A stretch of 64,000 nucleotides of DNA, from positions 8,074 to 72,073 of the forward strand of contig JAEDGC010000004.1 in the NCBI GenBank assembly GCA_016297695.1, in the 5' to 3' direction. The position numbers and the translations under genes are program-made. The notes below the pieces were generated by a model. The model was not told the origin of the DNA and ran no database searches. It was given only the letters and a program-made list of their open reading frames with translations. Each line of letters starts with the position of its first letter. Within the stretch, counting starts at the first letter, position 1. This stretch comes from Bacilli bacterium (GTDB lineage Bacteria; Bacillota_I; Bacilli_A; RF39; UBA660). Shown piece by piece: positions 10,482 to 20,060 of the stretch.

Positions 10482-11363
10482 ATGCCAAGTTATAAAACAC
10501 ATTCAATTCATGGAGAGTTGATATTGCCTGAAATAAACAAAAAAATTTATATTGATGTAGAAGATTTAAAGACTTTTTGTATTGGACCAGATACGCTTAT
10601 TGCAACTGATTATAGAATATTTGATTATCAACACGCAAATAGGGTTAAAGATTATTTTACTTTTTTAATAGAAGAAATAAAACAAAGAAAATTATATGAA
10701 AATAGTGAAATTATGGCATATTTATATGGGCAAATAGATCATTTTGTTTTAGATGCAACAACCCATCCACTTATTTATTATTTTACTGAATCAGCTGAAA
10801 ATGATTTTAGATTGGGTTTACATGGGCTTATGGAAATGTGGTTAGACGATTATATGTGTTTAAAATATGATAAAAACCAACAACTTTATTATCATAAGAA
10901 CAAAATTAATGATTTAAAACTAAAAACATTAATTAATGATGTATATTTAAAAATTTATAATAGATATAAAGAATCCTTGAAATATGAGAATGGTATGGTA
11001 TTTATGAAAAATTTTGATTTATATATTAGAAGAAATAAATCAGTAATACCATTTATTACTAAATCGTTAAATCTTGGCGATATAACATATGAAAAAGATG
11101 GAAAAAGAGTTCTTCCTTATTTAAACTTAAATCATGAATTGTGGTTAAATCCTGAAACTGGCGAAAAATCATATGACTCTTTGGAAGATTTATGGTATAA
11201 ATCTTTAGAAATTTCACAACAAACAATAGAAGATGTTAATAATTATATTTATTTAGATAAACCTTTAAATAATGAATTGATAAATAATAATATATCTTAT
11301 AATACAGGCTTACCTTGTGAATTAGGACAAAGTTATAAATATGTAAATAAAAAAGTATATTAA
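10482..11363 (+). CDS. putative metal-dependent hydrolase (zinc phospholipase C-like family)
   Basis: N-terminal MPSYKTHSIHGE and the later DHFVLDATTHP His/Asp cluster resemble the small zinc-dependent PLC-like proteins of Firmicutes. Recognised by pattern only. Confidence 0.35.
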   Translation: MPSYKTHSIHGELILPEINKKIYIDVEDLKTFCIGPDTLIATDYRIFDYQHANRVKDYFTFLIEEIKQRKLYENSEIMAYLYGQIDHFVLDATTHPLIYYFTESAENDFRLGLHGLMEMWLDDYMCLKYDKNQQLYYHKNKINDLKLKTLINDVYLKIYNRYKESLKYENGMVFMKNFDLYIRRNKSVIPFITKSLNLGDITYEKDGKRVLPYLNLNHELWLNPETGEKSYDSLEDLWYKSLEISQQTIEDVNNYIYLDKPLNNELINNNISYNTGLPCELGQSYKYVNKKVY

Positions 11364-11415
11364 ATATTGATATACTTTTTTTAAAATAAATAAGTGTAAA
11401 AATAATAAAAAAAGA

Positions 11416-11444
11416 TTGATTTATAATTTTAATTTTGATAATAT
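11416..11444 (+). promoter_or_regulatory. sigma-A type promoter for the first SipW-substrate gene
   Basis: TTGATT, 17-nt spacer, TAATAT, located 24 nt upstream of the start codon region. Confidence 0.45.
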
Positions 11445-11467
11445 TAAAACATAGAGGAGGATAGAAA

Positions 11468-12130
11468 ATGGATAAGAAAAATACTGTATTATTAACTGTT
11501 ATTGCAGTAGCAACTCTTTTAGTTGCAGTTGTTGGTGCTACATTTGCATATTTTAGTGCAAAAGTAACTGAAGTTAACAAAACTGAAACAGTTATTAAAT
11601 CTGCAGAATTAGGTATCACTTTTACAGGTACTCAAGAAATTACTGCTGATAGTATTGAACCAGGATGGTCAGCTGATAAAGTATTTACTGTTGAAAATAC
11701 AAGTGATTATGATATGACTTTTGATATCAATTTCACAAAAACTGTAAATAACTTTACTAGAACAAATGATTTAACTTATTCAATTGCTGCAGTATATACT
11801 GCATCAACTAACGATAATTATACAACATCATCTACAGTTCAAATGGTTGGAGCTTCTGATCTTGGTGTATCAACAGCTACTAAATCAGATTTTTCAGCAT
11901 CAGGAAAATTACCAGTTGATGGATCAGTATCTGAAGTTGGAGAAATCACTTATGGTTCAAATGTTGTAAAAGTTGTTAGAGTATTTATTCCAGCACATAC
12001 AACTGAAAAATTCACTATGACAGTTGGATATACTTATTCTGATGAAGATCAAAATGCTGATCAAGGAAAAGTATTTAGAACAACAGTTGGTATAACAGCT
12101 AACGGAATTGACGCTGGTACTAAACAATAA
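11468..12130 (+). CDS. secreted TasA/camelysin-like protein with SipW-type signal peptide
   Basis: N-terminus MDKKNTVLLTVIAVATLLVAVVGATFAYFSA matches the SipW-dependent signal class (xTFAYF). GGAGG RBS. The C-terminal YSDEDQNADQGKVF motif is shared with the next gene. Confidence 0.8.
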   Translation: MDKKNTVLLTVIAVATLLVAVVGATFAYFSAKVTEVNKTETVIKSAELGITFTGTQEITADSIEPGWSADKVFTVENTSDYDMTFDINFTKTVNNFTRTNDLTYSIAAVYTASTNDNYTTSSTVQMVGASDLGVSTATKSDFSASGKLPVDGSVSEVGEITYGSNVVKVVRVFIPAHTTEKFTMTVGYTYSDEDQNADQGKVFRTTVGITANGIDAGTKQ

Positions 12131-12156
12131 AAAAAGCTTATATAAGCTTTTTTTTT
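12131..12156 (+). terminator. rho-independent terminator
   Basis: Palindrome aaaaagcttatataagcttttt followed by a T run. Confidence 0.75.
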
Positions 12157-12212
12157 ATTGTTTGAAAAATATTTTTATGCTATAATATTTTCAATAGTAA
12201 GGAGTTTTGCAT

Positions 12213-13442
12213 ATGGATATAAAAAATGATGAATTGCAAAAAGATTTAGAAGAACAATATGCAATGCTTGAAAATGAAATCCAAGAAGATAAAAAGAAAA
12301 AAAGATATTTAGTAGTATTTATTTTCTTTTTAGTTATGTTTTTAATAATGTTTGGTACTACTTTTTCTTATTTTAAAATTTATAGTACACAACAAGAAAT
12401 CGATAATACTTTAATTAAAAGTCTATCCATTAAAGAAAAAAGTGAATTATTTACTTTTGATGAAAGCATAAAAAGTTATGTTGTTACTATGCCTTCTGGT
12501 ACTAAAAGTATCGATTTTGAGTATGAAATATGTAAAAATTGTGAAATAAGTATTTCAGGAAATGATAATTTAAAAGAAGGTTTAAATGAGATAATAATAA
12601 AAATCAAAAATAATGAACTCCAAAAAGAAGAAGAATATATTATTTATGTTGTTGTAGGGCCTGAAGAAGATCCTGAAAATAATCAGCCTGAAGGTAATCC
12701 ATCAAGAGATTTAAGATTAAAAGATTTAAATGTTGCTAATCATATTTTTACAAATAATTTTGAACCAAATATCACTTCATATATAACAAATGAAATTTAT
12801 AATAATGAAGATAAAATTATAATTAATTTTAAATTGATAGATCCTATAAATAATTTTAAATTAGTTTTAAACAACAGTGAGATAAGTCGAAAAACAGAAT
12901 TAGTTGGTGATTATAACACTTTAGAATTAAATGTTAAAACTGAACTTGTTTTAGGGGCTAATAAATTAGAAATTATAGTTTATGATGAAGAAGGAAATTC
13001 TAAGACCTATTATATTTTTCTAGATGTAAAAGAATATATAGTAGATCAAAAAGTTATTAATATTGAAGTAGAACCATTAAATGGAGATGGAACATACAGT
13101 ATATCCAATATAATTCCAGGTTGGGAATCTGATGGTAGCCAAGCAATACGAATTACTAATAAGAGTAATTATAATGCTTTTGTAAGTTTAAAATGGGTTG
13201 AAATTACAAATGATTTTACCTATAAAGATGATTTAAAATATGAAATTATTAATAATAACAAAACGATTAATAGTGGAACATTACCTAGTGAAGATACAAT
13301 AATTGCTAAAAATATAAATATAAGTGCTAACAGTTCAAATATTTTCTATGTTAAATATAAGTATTTATATAGTGATAATGACCAAAATATTGATCAGGGT
13401 AAAATATTTAAAGGTAGAATTATTGTTTCAATACAAGACTAG
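12213..13442 (+). CDS. membrane-anchored/secreted protein with SipW-type signal, cadherin-like beta-sandwich region and a C-terminal domain paralogous to the 220-aa TasA-like protein
   Basis: TM/signal ...FGTTFSYFK. DLRLKDLNV...FEPNITSYI fits the cadherin-like beta-sandwich pattern. C-terminal IIPGWESDGSQAIRITNKS...YSDNDQNIDQGKIF parallels SIEPGWSADKVFTVENTS...YSDEDQNADQGKVF of the upstream gene. Start taken at ATG 12213. Confidence 0.7.
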   Translation: MDIKNDELQKDLEEQYAMLENEIQEDKKKKRYLVVFIFFLVMFLIMFGTTFSYFKIYSTQQEIDNTLIKSLSIKEKSELFTFDESIKSYVVTMPSGTKSIDFEYEICKNCEISISGNDNLKEGLNEIIIKIKNNELQKEEEYIIYVVVGPEEDPENNQPEGNPSRDLRLKDLNVANHIFTNNFEPNITSYITNEIYNNEDKIIINFKLIDPINNFKLVLNNSEISRKTELVGDYNTLELNVKTELVLGANKLEIIVYDEEGNSKTYYIFLDVKEYIVDQKVINIEVEPLNGDGTYSISNIIPGWESDGSQAIRITNKSNYNAFVSLKWVEITNDFTYKDDLKYEIINNNKTINSGTLPSEDTIIAKNINISANSSNIFYVKYKYLYSDNDQNIDQGKIFKGRIIVSIQD

Positions 13443-13467
13443 CTGTATTTAATAATACAGTTTTTTT
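13443..13467 (+). terminator. rho-independent terminator
   Basis: Hairpin ctgtatt-taat-aatacag followed by T7. Confidence 0.7.
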
Positions 13468-13521
13468 ATTGTATTTTTATAAAAAATAACTTATAATAAT
13501 AAATAGAATAGGGTGTTGTAG

Positions 13522-14580
13522 ATGGGAACTAGTAATTTTTTTCAGCAATCTAGGCAAATATTTAAGTCTATCGCAATGATTATCTCATGGACAATATTTG
13601 CTATATTAGTTTTGGTAATTGGATTTTTAGCTTATTATATGGTTTCAGCAAATATTTATGCTAAAAATGGTGATAAATTTGAACCAAAGTTTTCACTATA
13701 CACAATTGTAAGTCCAAGTATGGAACCAAATATAAAAGTATATGATGTTATTTTAAATGGTCGAATTGATGAACCAGCAAGTATCAAAGTTGGAGATGTC
13801 ATCACTTTTATTTCAACAAGTACCATTTCTAACGGAATGACAGTAACTCATAGAGTAGTTGATATTCAAAATGGCAAAGATGGATTAGAATTTGTTACAA
13901 AAGGAGATAACAACACAACAGCAGATACAGATACTGCTAAAGAAGCAAATTTACTTGGAAAAGTCATAATAAAAATTCCACAATTAGGAAGATTACAATT
14001 TTTCCTATCTACAAAAGGTGGATGGTTACTTATTGTATTATTTCCTGCATTATTAATTATAGTAAATGATATATTTAAAATATTAAAATTAAATCAAGCG
14101 AAGAAAAAAATAGAAGATACAGAAAAACCTGATAATAAAGATGAACAAATTAAATTAGAAACATTTAGAAAAGATGAAATAAAAAATAAATTAGCGCAAA
14201 AAGAAATTAATAAAGCTAAAAAATTAGAGGAAAAAATTAAAAGTAAAAAAACTAGTGAAGAAGTAAATGATATAATAGAAGAAAACAGCAATATAGACGA
14301 AATAGAAGAAAAACCAGAATTTATTCCAGTTATAGGTGTGGATACAAAAGATGATATCCAAGAAACAGAAGAAATATTATTTGTTCCAGCAGAAGTAGAA
14401 GAAAAATTTGAAAATCAAGAAAGTATTAAATCAACTAATATTTTTGATGAAGAAGAACCAATAAATATATTTACAGAAGATAATAGTACAAAAAAATTAT
14501 TTGAACAAAAAGAACCAATTAAAAAGGAAAATAATCTACCAATTGGAATTGAACTTCCTAGATTAAAAAAAGAAAAATAG
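13522..14580 (+). CDS. sipW: signal peptidase I, SipW (archaeal/ER) type, with a ~160-aa K/E-rich C-terminal extension
   Basis: Catalytic-region motifs SPSMEPNIKVYDVIL, VTHRVVDI and TKGDNNTTAD, then a C-terminal TM helix and a long charged tail. Confidence 0.85.
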   Translation: MGTSNFFQQSRQIFKSIAMIISWTIFAILVLVIGFLAYYMVSANIYAKNGDKFEPKFSLYTIVSPSMEPNIKVYDVILNGRIDEPASIKVGDVITFISTSTISNGMTVTHRVVDIQNGKDGLEFVTKGDNNTTADTDTAKEANLLGKVIIKIPQLGRLQFFLSTKGGWLLIVLFPALLIIVNDIFKILKLNQAKKKIEDTEKPDNKDEQIKLETFRKDEIKNKLAQKEINKAKKLEEKIKSKKTSEEVNDIIEENSNIDEIEEKPEFIPVIGVDTKDDIQETEEILFVPAEVEEKFENQESIKSTNIFDEEEPINIFTEDNSTKKLFEQKEPIKKENNLPIGIELPRLKKEK

Positions 14581-14602
14581 TCAATAAAATGACTATTTTT
14601 TT
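14578..14602 (+). terminator. rho-independent terminator overlapping the sipW stop
   Basis: Hairpin tagtca-ataaaa-tgacta followed by T7. Confidence 0.6.
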
Positions 14603-14676
14603 GATAGGATATACACAAATTTGACATTTTTCAAAAAAAGTGTTATTATGTTAATACCAATGGGGGTTGGTTAATC

Positions 14677-15135
14677 GTGAAAACAATAAATAAATTAATT
14701 ATTCACTATATATGTGAAATTGTAGTAGTTATTCTTTTAGTAGGTATTAGTATACCTTTATGGAGATCTTTTGATAAAAGCAATATGGCTCATATTGCAA
14801 ACAGTTACTCTAATATGAATTATTTATATTTAAATGTTAAAAGATTCATAAGTGATATTGATTCTCTTGATGAAATTAGTATCGTAAATGATACAAATAC
14901 ATTAAGAAATTATAAATTAATTATGAAAATTGACAAAAAATTATATATAAAAGAAGTTATATTAGATAATGAAATAAAAGAATTAGCAAGCATTATGTAT
15001 AAGGAAGATGAAAATTATTTCTACTATTTAATTGATAATGGAAATTTGGTAGCTGGTTCAAAAGTATATAATATTGAATTTAATAATTTATATGATGGTA
15101 TTACTTATGAAATAATTGAAAGCAAAAATATATAA
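14677..15135 (+). CDS. small membrane-anchored hypothetical protein (GTG start)
   Basis: 152-aa ORF with an N-terminal TM helix (IVVVILLVGISIPLW). RBS GGGGGTTGG upstream of the GTG. Confidence 0.55.
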   Translation: MKTINKLIIHYICEIVVVILLVGISIPLWRSFDKSNMAHIANSYSNMNYLYLNVKRFISDIDSLDEISIVNDTNTLRNYKLIMKIDKKLYIKEVILDNEIKELASIMYKEDENYFYYLIDNGNLVAGSKVYNIEFNNLYDGITYEIIESKNI

Positions 15136-15148
15136 AAAGAAGGTTTTT

Positions 15149-16102
15149 ATGAAAAAGTTAATGAATGAAATTTTATATTTAGCTAATCAAGGAGATTACG
15201 AAGAAATACTTGAAATTATAAAAAGTAGTGAATATAGAAATGACAAAAAAATATCTAATATAAAAAGAATAGTAGAAAGATATTTATATATAAGAGATAT
15301 TAGTCCATGTAATAGTACAGATAGGTTACCGGAATTAACAGATAATGTATGGGAAAACTATTTTAAATGTATTAGATTAAATAATTATGAAAAAGCTTAT
15401 GAAATAATACTTCAAATATTTCAAAGAAATCCAAATGAAGCTGCTCAGTTTTATTTAATTATTACAAAAGATATAAAACAACTTGTTGATATAAACGATA
15501 AAATGAAGAAAGAAATTGATAGTATAAATAATCAATTATTAGACTTATTAAATGAAAATAGAATTGTATATAATAATGATTTAGGTGATTTAGAGTTTTT
15601 ACTTGAAAGTAAAATATCTTTAGAAATAGAGGGCAACTTTGATTGTTATTTGGACAGTTTAACTTTAAATTTAATAAGAACAATTAAACAATTAAATAAT
15701 GAACCATTTATTAATAAAAAAATATTTGCTTCTTTTGATTATAATGGAAGTATGCTAGATAGGTTATATCAATCATTAGAAGTTGGAGATTATTTAAATT
15801 CATTAAAATATTTAAAATCTTCTAATGTTTATAGTGCTTTATCTAAAAAAAGTGATAAAGTTTATCCAGTTTTATTATATAAATTGTTAAAATTATTAGA
15901 ATATAATTGCAATAAAAAATTCTATAAAAATAATCATATTTCTATTGAATCAGACAGTATATCAAAATATGATAAATTGTCAAGCGAAATAGAAAATGAT
16001 AATTATTTAGAAGCCTTAAAAACTTCATTTGAAAATGAATATGAAAATGATTATTCAATGGATATAGTAAAAGTTTTAGCTTTAAGAAATGACAAGGAAT
16101 AA
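15149..16102 (+). CDS. helical (TPR-like) hypothetical protein
   Basis: ORF from the track. I prefer ATG 15149 with RBS AAGAAGG over the track TTG at 15116. Confidence 0.6.
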   Translation: MKKLMNEILYLANQGDYEEILEIIKSSEYRNDKKISNIKRIVERYLYIRDISPCNSTDRLPELTDNVWENYFKCIRLNNYEKAYEIILQIFQRNPNEAAQFYLIITKDIKQLVDINDKMKKEIDSINNQLLDLLNENRIVYNNDLGDLEFLLESKISLEIEGNFDCYLDSLTLNLIRTIKQLNNEPFINKKIFASFDYNGSMLDRLYQSLEVGDYLNSLKYLKSSNVYSALSKKSDKVYPVLLYKLLKLLEYNCNKKFYKNNHISIESDSISKYDKLSSEIENDNYLEALKTSFENEYENDYSMDIVKVLALRNDKE

Positions 16103-16160
16103 GTTCCTTGTTTTTTTACTGCTTTAATGTTAATATATTTGAAAATTATATTAATTTAAG
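16092..16160 (+). repeat. module-boundary repeat copy T0 (diverged): terminator hairpin plus conserved tail
   Basis: acaaggaa-taag-ttccttgt plus T7, then ...tttaatgttaatata..tttgaaaattatatt. This parallels the tails at 18975, 19700, 21175 and 22664. Confidence 0.5.
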
Positions 16161-16350
16161 ATGAGGATTATATATATGAAGAAGTTATTGAAAAATTTAT
16201 AAAATTTGGTGTGGATTTGACTGAAGAAGAAATTTTAGAAAAAGTAATAGATTTTACGTTGATGAATATTTATTTGATTTAATAAGTGGTGATCCTAAGA
16301 AATTAATTTATCAAATAAAAAATAGATACAAAATTTACTGGGGGTTTTAT
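16161..16350 (+). pseudogene. possible frameshifted remnant of a small gene
   Basis: Two frames each read sensible peptide: EEVIEKFIKFGVDLTEEEILEKVIDF, then after a 1-nt shift VDEYLFDLISGDPKKLIYQIKNRYKIY. No intact ORF spans them. Confidence 0.3.
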
Positions 16351-16351
16351 A

Positions 16352-17305
16352 ATGAAAAACATAGAACTTGAACAAAAGATAGAAGAAATATTAAGAAAAA
16401 GTGTATTAAAAAAAATCAATCCAATGAAAGACTCAAAATGGGTAGATTTAGAAAATGATTCTGTTTATCAATTATTAATGAAAAAAATGGGAATTGAAAT
16501 TTTTAATGAAATGTATATTGAAATAAAAGAAAATCAAAATAAATATAAAGAATATAAAAAAATTACAATGTTTTTAGATAAATTTTTGAAATATTATGCA
16601 AACAAATATGAAAAAAATATCGAAGATTTAAAGTTAACTTTTATTAATTATGGAAAAACAGAACTTGTTTATGTTTTAAGTGATAACAATAATAATAAAG
16701 TAACTTTGTTAGTTAAACAACCAGCAGTAAAATTTGGCGATATCTATGAAGAAATGCACAATTTAATGGTGTTAAAACAAAAAGATAATAATGTAATTGC
16801 ACCAATTGATTATTATTATATAAATAATCAAGAATTATATGTTACACCTTATATAAACCAAGCTAGGTGTGTAGCAAGTTATAATAATTGGGGAATGTAT
16901 ATTCCCGAACCATGGTATCGATTTGAGAGTTTTACATTTGAACAAGAACAAGTAGTAACAACATGTATGATTGCAAAGCTAGTAAGTTTGTATGACTTTG
17001 AAAAACAACAAGGGATAATAAATTGTAAACTAGGTGGAGGAGACTTTATGTTACCTAAAGGTTGGGAAAATGAAACTCCGACAATAGATAATACCCTTAA
17101 TAATTTATATTTAATAGCAGCTAGAAAGAAAATAAATTGTACATATGAAAAATATATAGAAATAATAAGAAGTGAGTTTTCTAGAACAACAATTAATGAA
17201 GATCAAACTAAATTAATTATTAACTTAAGAGGAAGAGTTCCAATGAACATTAATTGCATTGATGAAGGGATAAATCTTGGAAGAAAATTAATTGCTAAAA
17301 AATAA
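16352..17305 (+). CDS. hypothetical protein, possibly kinase-fold with degenerate catalytic loop
   Basis: 317 aa. YGKTELVYVL (Gly-loop-like) and LLVKQP (Lys) are present, but I found no clear DxKxxN. RBS CTGGGGG. Confidence 0.6.
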   Translation: MKNIELEQKIEEILRKSVLKKINPMKDSKWVDLENDSVYQLLMKKMGIEIFNEMYIEIKENQNKYKEYKKITMFLDKFLKYYANKYEKNIEDLKLTFINYGKTELVYVLSDNNNNKVTLLVKQPAVKFGDIYEEMHNLMVLKQKDNNVIAPIDYYYINNQELYVTPYINQARCVASYNNWGMYIPEPWYRFESFTFEQEQVVTTCMIAKLVSLYDFEKQQGIINCKLGGGDFMLPKGWENETPTIDNTLNNLYLIAARKKINCTYEKYIEIIRSEFSRTTINEDQTKLIINLRGRVPMNINCIDEGINLGRKLIAKK

Positions 17306-17329
17306 TATTTAATAAAAGGTGAGTTTAAT

Positions 17330-17974
17330 ATGTTAAAATTTTATAGCCATAAAGGTAAAATCAGATATTATAATTTTAATGAATTAAAATGTTTTGACTA
17401 TGGAAATACGGCTAATATATACAAAATTGGTGAAAACATTTTCAAAAAATATTATGCTTATACAAGTGATAAATATAGATTAGATAAAGACACATTTGAT
17501 ATACTTAATTATATAAAAAGTAAAAATATGACTGAAATTTATGAACTACTATATGATGATGAAAATTTAGAAGAAGTAGGAGGATATATTTCTAAATATT
17601 ACGAAAGAAATCTTATTAATATTTTAAATCAAGATATTGACTATATACTTGATAATATGAATGATATTGAAAAACTATTTGATGAACTTTCAAAATATTT
17701 GATTCGAGTTGATGATGTTAAATATAAAAATACAATTTTGACAAAAGATAAAATTATTTTAATAGATCCTGATTCATATAAAAAAGTAATTTATAGTGAG
17801 GAATCATTAAAGAAAATTAATAAAAAAGCATTATTAGATTTATTTGAAAGTATTTATTTAAACTTTCTTCCTAAAAATGAAAGTTGTATAAAAATTTTTG
17901 ATTTGTTTGACATTAATATAGATGATAAAACTAATATAACTTATGAATTTAGTAAAAAATTATTAAAAAAATAA
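17330..17974 (+). CDS. small protein-kinase-like protein
   Basis: 214 aa. YGNTANIYKI (Gly-rich loop), IFKKY (Lys), VDDVKYKNTIL (DxKxxN catalytic loop), and IILIDPDSY (DFG-equivalent Asp). Confidence 0.6.
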   Translation: MLKFYSHKGKIRYYNFNELKCFDYGNTANIYKIGENIFKKYYAYTSDKYRLDKDTFDILNYIKSKNMTEIYELLYDDENLEEVGGYISKYYERNLINILNQDIDYILDNMNDIEKLFDELSKYLIRVDDVKYKNTILTKDKIILIDPDSYKKVIYSEESLKKINKKALLDLFESIYLNFLPKNESCIKIFDLFDINIDDKTNITYEFSKKLLKK

Positions 17975-17992
17975 AATATGGTGGAGGGATTA

Positions 17993-18691
17993 ATGAAGAA
18001 TGATATAATAAAGTACTTAAATAGCGTTGATTCAAGGACGAAAGATTATGTAATAATGTGGAAATTTTATTTATATACAGACGACTGTATAATAAATAAT
18101 ACAAAAGAATTAATAAATAATATCCATTTCATTAATTTATTATTATTATGTTTAAAAGATAAAGAATTTATAGATAGAATAAAAAACAATTTGATATTTT
18201 TTGAAAAAATAAATTTTATATTATTGGAAAGTATAGAATTAACGAATGATGACGATTATAAAAAGGTATTAAAAATTATAGAATCATGTATTGTTCAAAG
18301 AAAAATTAGCAGAGAAGAAGTGGTAAGAAAATTAATTGAAGAATATCCGTCTGAAAACGATTATTTATTAGAAAAATATAATTATGATAGTGAAATAATT
18401 ATAAAATATTTGATGTGTGACAATGAATTTTTAGATATTTTAAATTCTGTTTTAATAGAAAAAAATTTAGGATATAATAGTATCGTCAACATAGTTAAAA
18501 TTTTAGATACAGGAATAAAAATTTATAATATAATTGATTTTATCAACTTAAATCAATCTAATGATTTATCGTGGGCTATTACAAATATAGGTGTATTTAA
18601 AATTAAAAGATTTAATATAGAAAAAGCAAAATCATTAAAAATAATGTTTGAAAAAAAAGTGTTAGAATCTAATGTTAAGAAACTTAAGTAA
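17993..18691 (+). CDS. hypothetical helical protein
   Basis: ORF from the track (17978). ATG 17993 sits 5 nt after a GGAGG and is the likelier start. Confidence 0.6.
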   Translation: MKNDIIKYLNSVDSRTKDYVIMWKFYLYTDDCIINNTKELINNIHFINLLLLCLKDKEFIDRIKNNLIFFEKINFILLESIELTNDDDYKKVLKIIESCIVQRKISREEVVRKLIEEYPSENDYLLEKYNYDSEIIIKYLMCDNEFLDILNSVLIEKNLGYNSIVNIVKILDTGIKIYNIIDFINLNQSNDLSWAITNIGVFKIKRFNIEKAKSLKIMFEKKVLESNVKKLK

Positions 18692-18714
18692 CAATTAATC
18701 GATAGTTTCAAAAT

Positions 18715-18957
18715 ATGTTTTTAATTGAAAATGCAAGTTACAATAAATTAAAGGTAAATGTTGCTATAAAAGATTTAGAAGAAATGGAATATAAATATGG
18801 AAAATATACATTTAATAAATTTCAAAATGTTATTAATGTAGAAAATTCTCTAGATTTAATAGAAGAAGGAAATTATAATGATTATCCATTAATAAAAGAA
18901 ATAAATAAATCATATTTTAATTTGGAAGAATTTATCAAAAATAATAATAAATACTAA
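18715..18957 (+). CDS. hypothetical protein, 80 aa
   Basis: ORF from the track, last gene of the first module. No family recognised. Confidence 0.45.
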   Translation: MFLIENASYNKLKVNVAIKDLEEMEYKYGKYTFNKFQNVINVENSLDLIEEGNYNDYPLIKEINKSYFNLEEFIKNNNKY

Positions 18958-18974
18958 TTAATTTTGTAATAATA

Positions 18975-19027
18975 GGGAGCCACTTATGCTTCCTTGTTTT
19001 ATTGTAAAATAAATGTTAGAATAATTA
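18975..19027 (+). repeat. module-boundary repeat copy T1 (short form)
   Basis: gggagc-cacttat-gcttcc, then ttgttttattgtaaaataaatgttagaataa. The tail is nearly identical to copy T5. Confidence 0.7.
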
Positions 19028-19045
19028 CACAAGGAGGTTATTAAA

Positions 19046-19669
19046 ATGGCAAAAGTAACTGATGATAAAATAGATGAAAAAAGAAAAAAAATGTTAGAAG
19101 ATTTTAAACAATTTAGAGAAAGTGGTATTTCTCCAGTAGCAAAAGCATTGGCAAAAGCCATACAAGATGAAGAATTTATGAAAAAAGCTAGTTCATCAAT
19201 AGTAAGAATGATAGATGGTAAACCTGTTAATATAAATCCTTTAACAGAAATTCCTAATCCTGAAATGAGATTATACTTTGTTGACGATAATTATTTTGAA
19301 TCTATTGATGAATTATTATATTATTGTAGAATTAATAATAAATCAACAAAAGGATTAAATATTATAGATTATTATAGAAGTCTTGCAGGTCATTTTGATG
19401 TAATAAGAAAATCAAATAACGAAACATCAATGTTATATACTGCTGTTGATGAAGATGGCTATGGTATATATAATAACGAAAGAAGTATATATCGTGGTGA
19501 ATTCACATGGGAATATAATTATGGAAGCATCCAAAAAATGTATAAACCTTTTAGAGATAAAGGTGTAGTTTTTGAAAATGATATATATGCTAAACAAGAT
19601 GAAAGAATGCAACGTATTTTAAAATGTTGTAGAGAAGATAATTTATTTAATATGGGAAAAGATGATTAA
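19046..19669 (+). CDS. hypothetical protein, 207 aa
   Basis: ORF with AAGGAGG RBS. No family recognised. Confidence 0.65.
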   Translation: MAKVTDDKIDEKRKKMLEDFKQFRESGISPVAKALAKAIQDEEFMKKASSSIVRMIDGKPVNINPLTEIPNPEMRLYFVDDNYFESIDELLYYCRINNKSTKGLNIIDYYRSLAGHFDVIRKSNNETSMLYTAVDEDGYGIYNNERSIYRGEFTWEYNYGSIQKMYKPFRDKGVVFENDIYAKQDERMQRILKCCREDNLFNMGKDD

Positions 19670-19699
19670 TAAAGAATAATTTAATAAAATAATGTTATT

Positions 19700-19863
19700 A
19701 AGGAAGTTATAATGGCTTCCTTGTTTTGTTGTGAAATAAATGTTAAAATAAATTATTGAAAAATGTATATTTTATTTAATTCTAATCAAATACCTAAATA
19801 ATACTAGATAAAATTAGAAGTTAGAAAATAAATTTGTGGTCGACAATCATCCTATTTGTGTCC
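19700..19863 (+). repeat. module-boundary repeat copy T2 (long form)
   Basis: aaggaag-ttataatgg-cttcctt, then ttgttttgttgtgaaataaatgttaaaataaattattgaaaaatgta...tttatttaat. It continues with the 48-nt segment aatacctaaataatactagataaaattagaagttagaaaat and aaatttgtggtcgac...atttgtgtcc. Confidence 0.75.
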
Positions 19864-20060
19864 TAATTTTATTTAATTAAATACATTATAATGTTATAGA
19901 ATGGGGAAAATAAAAATGAAGAACATAGATATAATAAAACCGATATTTTGCATTACAGATAATAATAAAAAGATTATAAATGAAATAGAAAATAAACTTA
20001 ATTTGATTGTTATTGATAATAATGCTAAAAAAGAAATTTAAGAATCAAATCTAAGGTTAA

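Noticed and set aside
11236-11969. ORFs 11236-11619 (-) and 11784-11969 (+)
   Set aside because: The first is antisense across a gene end, the promoter and the start of the TasA-like gene. The second is an alternative frame inside the TasA-like gene. Neither has a start context.
14094-15683. Minus-strand ORFs 14094-14291, 14415-14627 and 15462-15683
   Set aside because: All are antisense to longer plus-strand genes, and their peptides are low-complexity.
18958-19161. Minus-strand 67-aa ORF spanning boundary repeat T1 and the start of the 207-aa gene
   Set aside because: It overlaps a repeat or terminator and the 5' end of a better-supported gene on the other strand.
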